DNA from: Carcharhinus longimanus
Taxonomy: Eukaryota
DNA: 64,000 nt
Direction of reading: 5' to 3'
Assembly (NCBI GenBank): GCA_030264375.1
Contig: JASCQW010000043.1
Coordinates: 73,880,680-73,944,679, forward strand
In this document: positions 1-11,209 of the stretch, piece by piece
How the letters are laid out: each line of letters opens with the position of its first letter
Numbering within the stretch: position 1 is the first letter of the stretch
Notes under the pieces: model-generated
Database searches by the model: none
What the model was told of the DNA's origin: nothing
Seen by the model: only the letters and a program-made list of their open reading frames with translations
Program-made: the position numbers and the translations under genes

Positions 1-235
1 AAAAGATACAAAAGTCTGAGGTCATGTACCAACCGACTTAAGAACAGCTTCTTCCCTGCTGCTGTCAGACTTTTGAAAGGACTTGCATTAGGATGATCTT
101 TCTCTACACCCTAGCTATGACTGTAACACTACGTTCTGCACTCTCTCATTTCTTCTGTATGAACAGTATGCTTTGTCTGCAAGAAACAATACTTTTCACT
201 GTATGTTAATACATGTGACAAGAATAAATCAAATC
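1..235 (+). mobile_element. Rex1/Babar-type LINE 3' end
   Basis: Translates to RYKSLRSCTNRLKNSFFPAAVRLL, followed by a 3'UTR ending aataaatcaaatc. Confidence 0.75.
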
Positions 236-660
236 AGAGCTCTGACAAAGAGTTTGAAGTTTATTTATTAGTGTCAAAGTAGGCTTAACACTGCAGTGAA
301 GCTACTGTGAAAATCCCCTATTTGTGGGAATCCCCACATTCCGGCACCTGTTTGGGTACACTGAGGGAGAATTTAGCATGGCAAGTGCACCTGACTAGCA
401 CATCCTTTGGACTGCGGGAGGAAACCCATGCAGTCACAGGGAGAATGTGCAGACTCCGCACAAACAGTGACCCAAGCTGGGAATGGAACCCGGGTCCCTG
501 GCACTGTGAGGCAGCAATGCTTGTCACTGTGCTGCCCAAGTCAGTGTTCTGAAACATTAGCTCTGTTTTCTCTCCACGGATGCTGTTAGACCTGCTGAGA
601 TTTTTCAGCATTTTCTGTTTTTGTTTCCGATTCCAGCAAATGCAGTAATTTGTTTTTATC
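235..660 (+). mobile_element. Penelope-like terminal-repeat remnant (family 2), split by the SINE at 257-537
   Basis: cagagctCTGACAA...GAAACATTagctctg followed by gatgctgttagacctgctgagatttttcagcattttctg, shared with copies at 16251, 17971 and 38522. Confidence 0.65.
257..537 (-). mobile_element. V-SINE (HE1-like body), tail type B
   Basis: tRNA-like head with A/B boxes, V-domain, tail ...ttttcacagta...gacactaataaataaac. Confidence 0.85.
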
Positions 661-1289
661 TTACTGTTTATTTACAACTTATTTCATAACACACCGGATT
701 AACTGCATTTTGAATTTTTATTTATCTTTGTTAGGTGTGGATAACAGAAAATAATTATTTTACATTATACATTAATTGTGTAACTGAACTGCCTCTGTCG
801 ACACTTTGAAAGCCTCAGCATTTGTTATACCTACAGAGCTGTTTCCATTCTGCTTTGATGATAAAATGTAAATGTTTTCTAAGAAGGAAGATGGGGCCAA
901 AAGATCACTTTTCATGTTTAGTTGATGCCAAGCTTGTAAATTATCCTGACAGCACAGAGGAGAACTATAACATGCAACATTAGGGAAAAAAGAATCAAAA
1001 TAATCTTATTCATGTAAAACATTTGCTCAGTGGAAATTTATTTTCCTGATGCTAAGTGATCATAACAAACTTCGTTACAGGTTGAAAGAGAAAATATTTT
1101 TCAAAAAGGGGCCAGGAGTTAATCTTTCATTAAGGGATGGTGTAAGTTTCATAAAGTGCAATTCTATGTACCTTTCTGAAGCCAGTTGTCCTTCGATTTA
1201 AGTTTGGTTCTGATATTGTTTTACTCATAATAAGCGACATAGGAGAGGGCCAGTTAGCTCAGTAGGTTAGATGGCTACACTTGCCACTG

Positions 1290-1495
1290 CCTCAGAAAAG
1301 CAGCCAGCATAATCGAGGACCCTTGCACCCTGGGCATAATCTCTTCCACCACCTTCCATCAGGAAGAACATACAGAAGTTGAGGACATGTACCAACCAAC
1401 TCAAGAACAACTTCTTTCCTGCTGCCATCAGACTTTTGAATGGACCTACCATTTACTAAGCTGATCTTTCTCTACACCCTAACTATGATTCTAAC
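1290..1495 (+). mobile_element. Rex1/Babar LINE 3' fragment
   Basis: Near-identical to 1-130 (accaaccaactcaagaacaacttctttcctgctgccatcagacttttgaa). Confidence 0.75.
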
Positions 1496-1496
1496 A

Positions 1497-1630
1497 TGTG
1501 CTAAATTGACCCTGGTGTGGAGGGGATTAGCAGGGTAAATGTGTGAGGTTATGGGAATAGGGCCTGGGTGGAATTATGGTTGATTCGTTGAGTCAAATGG
1601 CCTCCTTCTGTACTATAGGGATTCTATTCT
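1497..1630 (+). mobile_element. V-SINE 3' half with CR1-type tail A
   Basis: ctaaattgaccc...ggcctccttctgtactatagggattctattct. Confidence 0.75.
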
Positions 1631-2621
1631 GAGTCCACCTAACATGCACATCTTTGGACTGAAGAAGAAAGCTGTGTAGAACAGTTGAGTCACAGAGACC
1701 AAAAGCATTTGAGACTCAAGTCCGTTCTCACACTGTTCTGCTTTAATACAAGTGTGAGGATGCCTTTTGATGGGACTGGGCTTAGCTATGATGCCCTCAA
1801 GAGAATAACCTCCTGACTGTCACTGTCAAGGCCCACATTGCAAGTACAGTAATAATTATTTCTGGGAGTTGGTGGATCATATTGATCTCTGTGAATCTGT
1901 ATGCCAAGAAGATGTCAAAACATGAGAATTCCTGTGGGGAAAGGAGTGTTCCTAATTTAAAGCCATTTCACTCTTTGCCCTGTTTCTATAAAATCAGAAA
2001 ATTTTGTTACTAACTGTACGTGGGTGAAAAGGTTCCAGGTGAGAGATTTAAAAACTGAAATGAGTAGAATATTTGGAATACAGAATGGGGAGTGAGTGAG
2101 CACTTTTGCCTTAGACCCGCAGAATGGGTTCAGAATTGTGATTTTAAAGTTTCTTTCGCAGGTTTTCAGGCATTTTCTGTGAGCTAGTTGTTTGAGGATG
2201 TCTCAGCAAAGTCTATGGACTATACCCAGTCATTATTGCATCACTGCAGTACAATGCTGTTCATATACTATGGTGCAACACAAGTTGGACCTGTTCTGTT
2301 GCACATCAACACTGTCAGCAGACAACAGATTGTGAGCAAACTGTTGAAACTGGTCATTTTGTAAGCCAGATTCAGTTGCCTTTTTAGTCCTGGAATCTTA
2401 AGATTCTACTCTGCAGATCTCTGAGCTTTACAAGTAACAAAAATTTTGGCTATTTCTCCATTTTCCTGTCCTGAACCTATGCGTACAGCATCGCAACTCC
2501 CTAGCTGAAGGACGTAAAAGGATTCATTTGTGGCAATCAGAAGCCTTGTGCCGGAGGGGGTTATGGAAGGGGAAAATATTTGTGAGGGAGGGTGAAACCA
2601 GAACTGCTTTTCTGATTGTGC

Positions 2622-2821
2622 ATGATGTGGAGATGCCACGGTTGGATTGGGGTGGGCACAGTATGAAGTTTCACAGCACCAGGTTAAAGCCCAACTGGTT
2701 TATTTGGTGTCACATGCTTTCGACTCCTTCTACATCAGCTGATGATGGAGCACTGCTCCAAAAGCTTGTGATACCAAATAAACCTGTTGGACTTTAAGTT
2801 GTGTTGTGAGACTTTTTATTG
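2622..2821. mobile_element. Penelope-like fold-back element (family 1)
   Basis: gatgtggagatgcc head; inverted arms caccaggttaaagcccaactggtttatttgg / ccaaataaacctgttggactttaa. Confidence 0.75.
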
Positions 2822-2845
2822 ACATTTGTGCAGTTCAGATTCCAA

Positions 2846-3124
2846 ATGACTGCCATCCAGGAACTGGTTCCTTTGACTCAGGAACAAAATCGTGGACCCG
2901 AAGAAATCTGGATAAGTCGTCGTCATCGAGCATCAATTGACAGTGTAAACTTGGGCAGGCGGTCCATGGGCGCCAGCTGCCTTGAATCTATACTGAAAAA
3001 CGCCAGTGTGAACATGACGCAAATGATGGACTATAATCACCTCAGGCATCTTACATTGCAACTTCAAAAAGAGTTTGTGTTAATGCCAAGACCACACAAG
3101 TACCTTGGCAAGATGGGAGAATAA
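2846..3124 (+). other. Unassigned 92-codon ORF / candidate exon (MTAIQELVPLTQEQ...PHKYLGKMGE*)
   Basis: Stop-free, 9 CpGs in 279 nt, no recognisable repeat, preceded by tandem AG acceptors at 2833 and 2838; no homologue recognised. Confidence 0.3.
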
Positions 3125-3646
3125 CATTGGAACTATCTAAACTAAATTTGACTATTTTTAATGGAACAGAAACATCGATGGCCTTTAAATCATTAATGCC
3201 GTAGGTTATGTTGAAAATAATTTGTTTTAGAAGAAAGTTGCTGTGAAGTCTAAAGTTAAGAGTGAAAGAAAGTCATGCCCTGCAACTTTAGAATTGTGCA
3301 TTAGAATTGTAACTTGATATCGCAACCCGTACAAGATCTTCACTGAAAAACCATCGCTGATTTTTCTAATAAGGCTTGTACAAGCCAAGATTTCATAAGG
3401 CAAGCAATTATGTTGCATAATGGATTAGTTTATGACCTGCAGCAATGATCTCCCCCCCACCCCCACTTTTTTTTTTGCTGACAATTTTGGAGAGACTGGT
3501 ATATTTCCCCTAATATTTGTACATGTACTGCAGGCTCAATATGGTGAAAATTAGCATGAATTAGTGAACAAAACCAAGGTGTGGCATTCAGGTTAACCCT
3601 GTCTGTTTAGACTGAATTGAACAGCTGTTGCTTTTCCTTTTAAGTA

Positions 3647-3906
3647 GGTTTATTTAGTAAGGCAGGCTTCCATTAGCACTGCAATGAAGTTAGTGTGAAA
3701 ATCCCCCATTGGCCACACTCCGCCACCTGTTCAAGTCTACTAAGAGAAAAATTAGCATGGCCGATGCACCTGACCTGCACATATTGTGAGAGGAAACTGG
3801 AGCACCTGGTGGAAACCCATGCAGATTCTGCGCAGACAGTGACCCAAGCCAAGAATCGAACCTGGGTCCCTGGCACTGTGAGGTGGCAGTGCTTGCCACT
3901 GTGGCA
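3647..3906 (-). mobile_element. V-SINE, tail B
   Basis: Same consensus as 257-537. Confidence 0.85.
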
Positions 3907-4296
3907 TATCTTAACACATCTTTGTATTATAAATGCATTGGTTCGTGAAATGTTTTAACCTGGTGATCCAGAGGTTCTGATTGAAGAGGATTTAATAAGA
4001 AAATTACTAATTTCACTTTTTTATTAAGTATCTGAAGTTGATCATTATTATATGCCACATTGCATATTCAGCTTCTACTTTTATACTTAGTCTGTGATAA
4101 ATGTATGTTGCATGTTATAAACAAGTTATTCGTGGTTTGTACTTCCTAGTTTTTAACATTTTTGAGGAAGTATAAAAAGACTTGTGGATGAATTTTTGGT
4201 CTTTTTGAACTATATGGTTCAATTCATAAATCTGAAATAGGGAAAACAATCCAGTTCTGCTTAGGATCTGTGCAATTATTGTACTGCAATTATTTA

Positions 4297-4775
4297 TAGA
4301 ATCATAGAATCCTAACAGTGCAGAACAGGCCATTTGGCCCATTAAGTCTGCCGCAACTAGAGTATCTCACCCAGGCCTTCTCCCCCGCCCTTTAACCTAC
4401 TCAGTTATCATGGCTAATCCATCTAACCTGTACACCTTGGGACACTAAGAGGCAATTTAACATGGATAATCCATCTAACCTGCACACCTTTGGACTGTGG
4501 GAGAAATGTGTGGAGATGCTGGCGTTGGACTGGGGTAAACACAGTAAGAAGTCTGACAATACCAGGTTTAAGTCCACCCGATTTATCAAATAATCGGTTG
4601 GACTTAAACCTGGTGTTGTCAGACTTCTTACTGTGGGAGAAAACCAGAGCACCCAGAGGAAACCCATGCAGACACAGTGAGAATGTAGAAGCTCTGCACA
4701 GACTGTCACACAAGGCCAGAATTGAACCCGGTCCCTGAAGCTGTGAGGCAGCAATGCTAATCACTGTGCCACTGT
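4297..4775 (-). mobile_element. V-SINE, tail A, with an internal tandem duplication and a nested Penelope fold-back (4507-4629)
   Basis: atagaatcatagaatc tail; V-domain interrupted at actgtgggagaaa. Confidence 0.85.
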
Positions 4776-4835
4776 ATCGCAAATTGATTTTGTTAGTATC
4801 CCCATGGAGACTGATAGTGTTTAGAAAATTAAGAA

Positions 4836-6120
4836 AATAGGAACAGGGAAAGGCCATTCAGGCTGTCGTGCCAGCTTTGCCATTCAATTAGGGCACAGTC
4901 AATCATCTACCTCAATGTTACACTCCTGCCATTTTCCTGCACTATCTCTACATCCATTAATGTCTCCAGAAATCTTATTGATTTCTGTCTTGAATATAGT
5001 GAATGAGCTTCCACAATCTCTTGGATAGAGAATTCCAAAGGTTTGCCACCTTCTGAATGAAGAAATTCCTTCTCATCTCAGTTTTAAATGACCTGCCCTT
5101 ATTCTGAGATTACATCCTCTGGTTTTGGGCTCACCAGCCAGGCGAAGCATCTGTGTCATGCCCTGTAAGAATTTTAAGTTTCAATGAAGTCACTCCTCAT
5201 TCTTCAAAGTTTTTAAGACATAGAGACCCAATCTCTTCAATTTCTCTTCATTAGCCAGCCCCTGGCATCCCAGGGATTAATCTGGTGAATGACCATTGCA
5301 CTGTCTCTGTGGCAGATATATCCTTCCTTGGATAAGGAGATCAAAACTGTGCACAATACTCCAGATGCAGTTCACTAAGCCTTTCTGCAGCAAAACACCT
5401 TTACTGCTGTGCTCAAATCCCTTGCAATAAAAATCAACATACAATTTGACTTCCTAATTGCTCGCTATTAGGAATATGCTAACTTTTTCTAACTTTGTGA
5501 TGCATGAACAAGGATCCCCAGGTCCCTTTTAAACACTCTCACTTTCCAACCTATTGCTATTTAAGAAATATTCTGTTTTTGTTTCGTCAACCAAAGTGAA
5601 TACCTTCACATTTTTTCCATCTGCCACATTCTAGATCATTCAGCTATCCAAGTCCTCTTGAAGCCTCCTTGCATCTGCTTCACAACTTTTGATCTCACCC
5701 TGTTTGGTATAATTAACAAATTTGGAAATATTATAATCGTCCCCACTTCTAAATCATTGATACAGATTGTGAACGGTGGACCTAGCAAGTACCCTTACAG
5801 TACCCCAATAGTAACAGTCTACTATCCTAAGAATGATCATTCACTCTTTGCTTTTTTTAATTTGCTAACCAATTCTCAATCCATTCTATTGATCTCCTGT
5901 ATGAAACCTTATCAAAAGTCTCCCGAAAATCCAAATACACATCCTTTTATCTGTGCTACAATTAGCATCATTAACTTTCATAAATCCCAGTTGTACCATT
6001 AATTTCTAAATGTCCACATCCTTTATAATAGTCTATTGCTGACATCAATACTTATCCATTTTCCCTCTTCCTCCCTCCTTTAAATAGTGGGGTTACACTT
6101 GCTATTTTCCCTTCCGTAGG
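4836..6120 (-). mobile_element. Degenerate CR1 LINE 3' region
   Basis: Reverse complement of a CR1 RT C-terminus and 3'UTR (aggaacagggaaaggccattcagg...agagaattccaaagg...gaagaaattccttctcatctc). Confidence 0.7.
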
Positions 6121-6597
6121 ATGCTTGGCATTTAAATTCCCAGTGGTTGATGGGAAGAGTCACATGTCAAGAATTCAAAGATCTTTAATGTAATAAATGA
6201 AAAGGCACATTGTCTAAATGTTCTTCGGTAGGCAACTTGTATTTAAAACTACAGAAAAGATCCACCTTTTCATTTTTAAAATGGAAAATCTCTCTCCATG
6301 TTTTACTTTACACTGTCCTATAATTGGACTTATCATTCTCCAGGAATTGGTCCAAAGCTATTCTTAGCTCTAATGGCTTGCTGCATTTTTATTTTTCTAG
6401 TCTGATAGCTTCAAATCCCATTCACGATGAGGTTACCCACCGTCTAGTCAAAGCTAGGCAAATCTTCCAGCCTCGTTTTAAATCCTCACAAACTTGGTAT
6501 CTTTAATTTGCGCATTCACTTCTAACTCGTGGTGAGCAATAGAGATTAGCTGCTTCTCGCGCTCACTCTCGGATTCTTGTAGGCTGACATGTTGGGG

Positions 6598-6900
6598 CTG
6601 TTTTCCTTAGAAAGACGGAGATTGAGGGGGGATCTAATAGAAGCGTATAAGATAATGAAGGGTATAGATAAACAGTGGCAGGCCTTTTCCTAGATTGGAG
6701 ACAAATATCACGAGGGGCCACGAGCTTAAGGTGAGGGGGGAGAGGTATAGTTGGGATGCTGCAGGGAGGTTTTTCACACAGAGGGTCATGGGAGTATGGA
6801 ATGCACTGCCAAGTAAGGTAGTGGAGGCAGGCACTCTGGACTTGTTTAAGGTTTACTTAGACACATGAGCAAAATAGGGATGGAGGGTTATAGGAGACTG
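6598..6900 (+). mobile_element. CR1 LINE 3' fragment
   Basis: LFSLERRRLRGDLIEAYKIMKG and TRGHELK motifs. Confidence 0.8.
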
Positions 6901-7048
6901 TTTTAAATAAGGATCAGAGCCTCGGGACATTCCTGGAAATCAACTGTTNNNNNNNNNNNNNNNNNNNNNNNNNNNNNNNNNNNNNNNNNNNNNNNNNNNN
7001 NNNNNNNNNNNNNNNNNNNNNNNNNNNNNNNNNNNNNNNNNNNNNNNN

Positions 7049-7245
7049 CCAAAGATGTGCTCTTAGGCTGATTGGTGAAACAAATTGTCCCTAAATTATT
7101 CTCCACTTAATCGTGTTTCCAACGGGGGTACCATAAGCATAGACATGGGTCAAGGGTGGAGGAGGAAAAGTACATTAAGATGGCGGCACGGGCTCATTGG
7201 ACCGAAGGGACTGTTTCCCGTGCTGTGTTGTTCTTTGTTCTTTGT
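7049..7245 (+). mobile_element. V-SINE 3' part with a different CR1-like tail
   Basis: ccaaagatgtg...gattgg...aaattgtccct, ending gggctcattggaccgaagggactgtttcccgtgctgtgttgttctttgttcttt. Confidence 0.6.
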
Positions 7246-7964
7246 CTGAAAGTTTCAGTAATCCTTTAAGAAAAACTTGCAACCCAATCCTACAAAGCCA
7301 ATCTCTATGACAACATGAGCTACATGGGCCTTGTATCCAGGTCAAAATGCTAATGAGCTATAATTTGGATCCCAGCTCCATTTCCATCTTCAAATTAGAT
7401 AGAGAATTTAAAGTATAACCATTCCCAAAACTGCCATTCCTAACACTTGTCACTTGGAGACTCTAACAGTGTATTCACCACCAGCACAGCTGTTGTGGTC
7501 ATTGTTGACAAGTGTGAACATTTCACACAGCTTTCTTCGCAATAAAGACACACATGCTGTCAGGCAGAATCAAAATGGCTCAAGTGCCCAACTGTTCTTA
7601 TGTACACTTGAATGTGCTGTCTCAAAGTACCAATCATTGAAACATGTAAAACCTTTCCCTATCATTGTGGAATTAATATATATTAACCTGCAAAGCTCAC
7701 AACTTACGTACAGTCTAAATACCGCTCCATTAGAAGCCAAGGCTACTGAATAAGTCAAACCTTGTATTGACTTTCATGATAATGTTATGGGATTGCATTC
7801 ATTTCTGTCAAAACTAAAATCCAAATAGTCACACCAGGAGAGCAGTGGGGCATGAATTCAAGTTCCAGTTGCACCCAATTATCTAGCAGTTCTATTATTG
7901 GAACAAAATTCAGTATACCTTTTGTATGGGTACGGTTTAGAAATGTTTGAAGAGACAAATTAGC

Positions 7965-9110
7965 TTGAATCATAGAATGACACAGCACAAAAGGATACCT
8001 GTGCTGGTTGTTTGAATGAACCATCCAGTTAGTCCTCTCCCCTACATTTCCCATAGGCTTTCAGATTTCTCTCCCAAGTATTTATCTTTTTTTGGAAGTT
8101 GCCATGGAATCAGTTTCCACCATTCCATCAGGCTGTGAATTCCAAATCAACTTGCTGTGTTTATTTAAAAAAAAATCATCCTATCCCTAGTTCTGTTGCC
8201 AATTGTCTTAAATCTTTGCTCTGATCACCAACCCTTCTGCCACTATAGATTGTTTCCTCCTTTCATCAAAATCCTTCACAACTTTGAGCACCTTCATCAA
8301 ATCCCCGCTTGATTTTCCATGCAGTAAAGAGAATAAACCCAGTGTCTCCATGTAACTGGGATCTTTCATAACTGGTACCGTTCTAGTAAATCTTTGATTT
8401 GATTTATTATTGTCACACATGTATAGAATGAAAAGTATTAGCTCTTGCATGCTACACAAAGTGTACTGACGGAAAGGAGAGAGTGCAAACTGTAGTGTTA
8501 GTCATAGCTAGGATGTAGAGAAAAATCAACTTAGTGCGAGGTAGGTCCATTCGAAAGTCTGATGGCAGCAGGGAAGAAGCTGTTCTTGAGTCAGTTGGTA
8601 TGTGACCTCAGACTTTAATATTCTTTTCACGGCGGACAAAGGTGGAAGAGAGAATGTCGGCGGCACGTGGGGTCCTTGATTATTCTGGCTGCTTTTTCGA
8701 GGCAGTGGGAAGTGTAGACAGAGTCAATGGATAGGAGGCTGGTCTGCATGATGAACTGGGCTACATTCATGGCCTTTGGTAGCTTCTTGCAGTCTTGGGC
8801 ATAGCAGGAGCTGTACCGAGCTGTAAAACAACCAGAAATAATGCTTTCTATGATAAATTTGTAAAGTTGGTGAAGTCTAATTTTGACGCTTAGAATTGGT
8901 CACAATTCTTCAACTGAAGCTTGACCAGTGTTTATAAAGATTTGAAATAACTTCTTTGCTTTAGTACTCCTGTGTCTTGTTTTTCAAATTCTCACGAGAT
9001 ATTTGACTTTAAACGTCTTTTCAACTTTTCTTACACCTTTAAGTCTTGTGAACGTATGCTACCGGATCTCTCTTCCTATCTCCTCTTTAAAATGTGCTAT
9101 TTAGTTTATT
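7965..9110 (-). mobile_element. Degenerate CR1 LINE with a nested Rex1/Babar fragment at about 8393-8875
   Basis: The - strand reads LGLFSL...GDLMKVLKVVKDFD; the nested piece begins tttgatttgatttattattgtcac and includes gatggcagcagggaagaagctgttcttgag. Confidence 0.7.
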
Positions 9111-9714
9111 TTGCAGTTCCTAATGATTTAAAATGTATTGGAGAAGATTGGTGGGCCTTGAGGGGGCAGGACCTAAAGGTAGCACATCTAGCACTATACT
9201 GCAATAAAGCGTTAGCTCTAATTGTTTGCTTGGTCTTTGATGTCTCCTGTAACATTTATACAGGGAGAAAGTTCATTGTATGTTGTAAGGATATAACTTC
9301 AGTTAATGATTTCTAAACCGAACCAGTGCTGCTGTGATGATTTGTCATTGTTGCCTTAATTCCTGAAGGAAGCAGCTTTGTGTGGTGGCCGTGTGAGGAG
9401 GGATAAATATTACTTCCCAAGTTTACCACACCAAGTCTGACTGTAGCAGCTTTTTCGTGAATTTGGAAGGATGAGGATTTATACTCAATGACTGATCTTC
9501 ACCAGTTACATGCTGATTGCAAAGAAACAAATCTAGCTGGCTTTCCTCAGTTTCAAATAAAAAGGGATTACTTTTTACTGGGTTTAAAAAAAAATGCAGC
9601 TAAAGATATTTTTAAAAATTTAATAAGGTAAAACCCATGTCTCAACTTTTACAATCCATATTCACGCACACAGCATGCAAAACTGACGAGTTCTACTGTA
9701 GATAGTTATTATTT

Positions 9715-10190
9715 GGCTGGAGTCTGACAACTATGATGCTGGGGACCTCCAGAGGAGGCCAAGATCATTCATCCACTTGGCACTTCTGGCTGAAGATTGT
9801 AGTGAATGTTTCAGCCTTATCTCTTGCACCGATGTGCTGGGTTCCTTCATCATTTAAGACCCTCCTCCTTCAGTGTGTTGTTTAATTGTCCACCATCATT
9901 CATGCCTGGATGTGGCAGGACTGCAGAACTTAGATCTCACCTGCTGGTGTGGGATTGCTTTGCTCTGTCTGTCGCCTGCTGTTTTCACTTCTTGGCATAG
10001 AAGTAGTCCTGTGTTGTAACTTCACCAGATTGGCACTACATTTTTAGGTATGCCTGCTGCTGCACCTGTTGTGTCCTCCTACACACTTCATTAAGCCGAA
10101 GTTGATACCTTGGCTTGATGGTAATGATAGGGTGGTGGATATGCTGGGCCCTAAGGTTACAGATTGTGATTGAGTTCAATTCTGAATAGG
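9715..10190 (-). mobile_element. LINE ORF2 fragment (endonuclease-RT linker)
   Basis: The - strand ORF ITIKPRYQLRLNEVCRRTQQVQQQAYLKM resembles the degenerate PW-containing linker of CR1/L2-group ORF2. Confidence 0.55.
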
Positions 10191-10385
10191 GCAGTGGGGA
10201 CACAGAGGGATGAGGGTGGTGGTGGTCGTTGCGATTTCTTAACTCCAAGCTTATTTGAAGTGTGTAAAATTTTGAATTTGTATACTGTAGACCTTTACAC
10301 ATCATTTAAAATAGTTTGGTATTTCTCTCCTGTATATTGTGTCCATCCCTCTTTTTACACTCGTCTTTTCCCTAGTGATTTGTTT

Positions 10386-10670
10386 AAAGTTTATTTATTT
10401 GTGTCACAAGTAGGCTTACATGACGTTACTGTGAAAATCCCCGAATCGCCACATTCTGGCACCTGTTCGGGTACACCGAAGGAGAAATTAGCACGGCCAA
10501 TACACTGAACTAGCACATCTTGCGGACTGTGGGAAGAAACCAGAGCACCTAGAGGAAACCCATGCAGACACGGAGAGAACATGTGCACTCCGCACAGACA
10601 GTGACCCAAGCTGGGAATTGAACCCAGGTCCCTGGTGCTGTGAGGCAGCAGTACTAACCACTTTGCCACC
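10386..10670 (-). mobile_element. V-SINE, tail B
   Basis: Full head, V-domain and tail B. Confidence 0.88.
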
Positions 10671-10820
10671 CCACGGCTGAAGTCATTTTACTGTTTATAA
10701 CTTGAATCCCTAAAGCTGTAATGATCCTGGTCACTTTTCTCCTTTCTCAACATCCATTTATTTCACTTGCCGTCAGGCAAACCAACCAACCAACCTGTCT
10801 GCCTTGCTGCCGAATTGATT

Positions 10821-11209
10821 TCGCCATTTGATCAGTACGTTGTTGGTACATAATTCTTTCTGACTAGTACTCCAATAAACCCTGTATTCAATTTGCCTTA
10901 TTAAGTTTTGAAAGAAAGTTGCACTCGGCGACATTATTTAGCTGCCGCATTAATGTGAAAGCAACAATTGATGGTTACATAGTGTAATAAATCTGTTGGA
11001 AGAGCCCCTTCACCAAAATCCCTTTATTTATAAACTCTAATAGCAGTCCATAGACTGCTCGCAGTCAATCTCCGGGAGTGTCAGAGAAACTGATATTCCC
11101 GGATAAGTCCAAGGCAAAGACTCCCTGATTGGCCCATCAATTCATTCGTAATCAGGGATTTCATACTCCAATAGGCCAACCCCAATAGCCTGATTGAAGT
11201 CATTATACA
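10821..11209 (-). mobile_element. Probable LTR remnant with a PBS-like TGGCGA
   Basis: TG...CA ends (10829-11209), CCAAT/TATA-like motifs, tggcga 2 nt beyond the end on the - strand. Confidence 0.35.

Noticed and set aside
307-611. Recurring ORFs such as GPGFHSQLGSL... and LGHCLCGVCTFSPCL... (also at 3673, 10391, 14310, 31527, 33342, 61187)
   Set aside because: Translations of V-SINE copies, not a gene family
3101-3112. YLGK resembling a kinase Gly-loop start that could replace the DAPK1 first exon
   Set aside because: No GT or GC donor in the required phase 2 after LG
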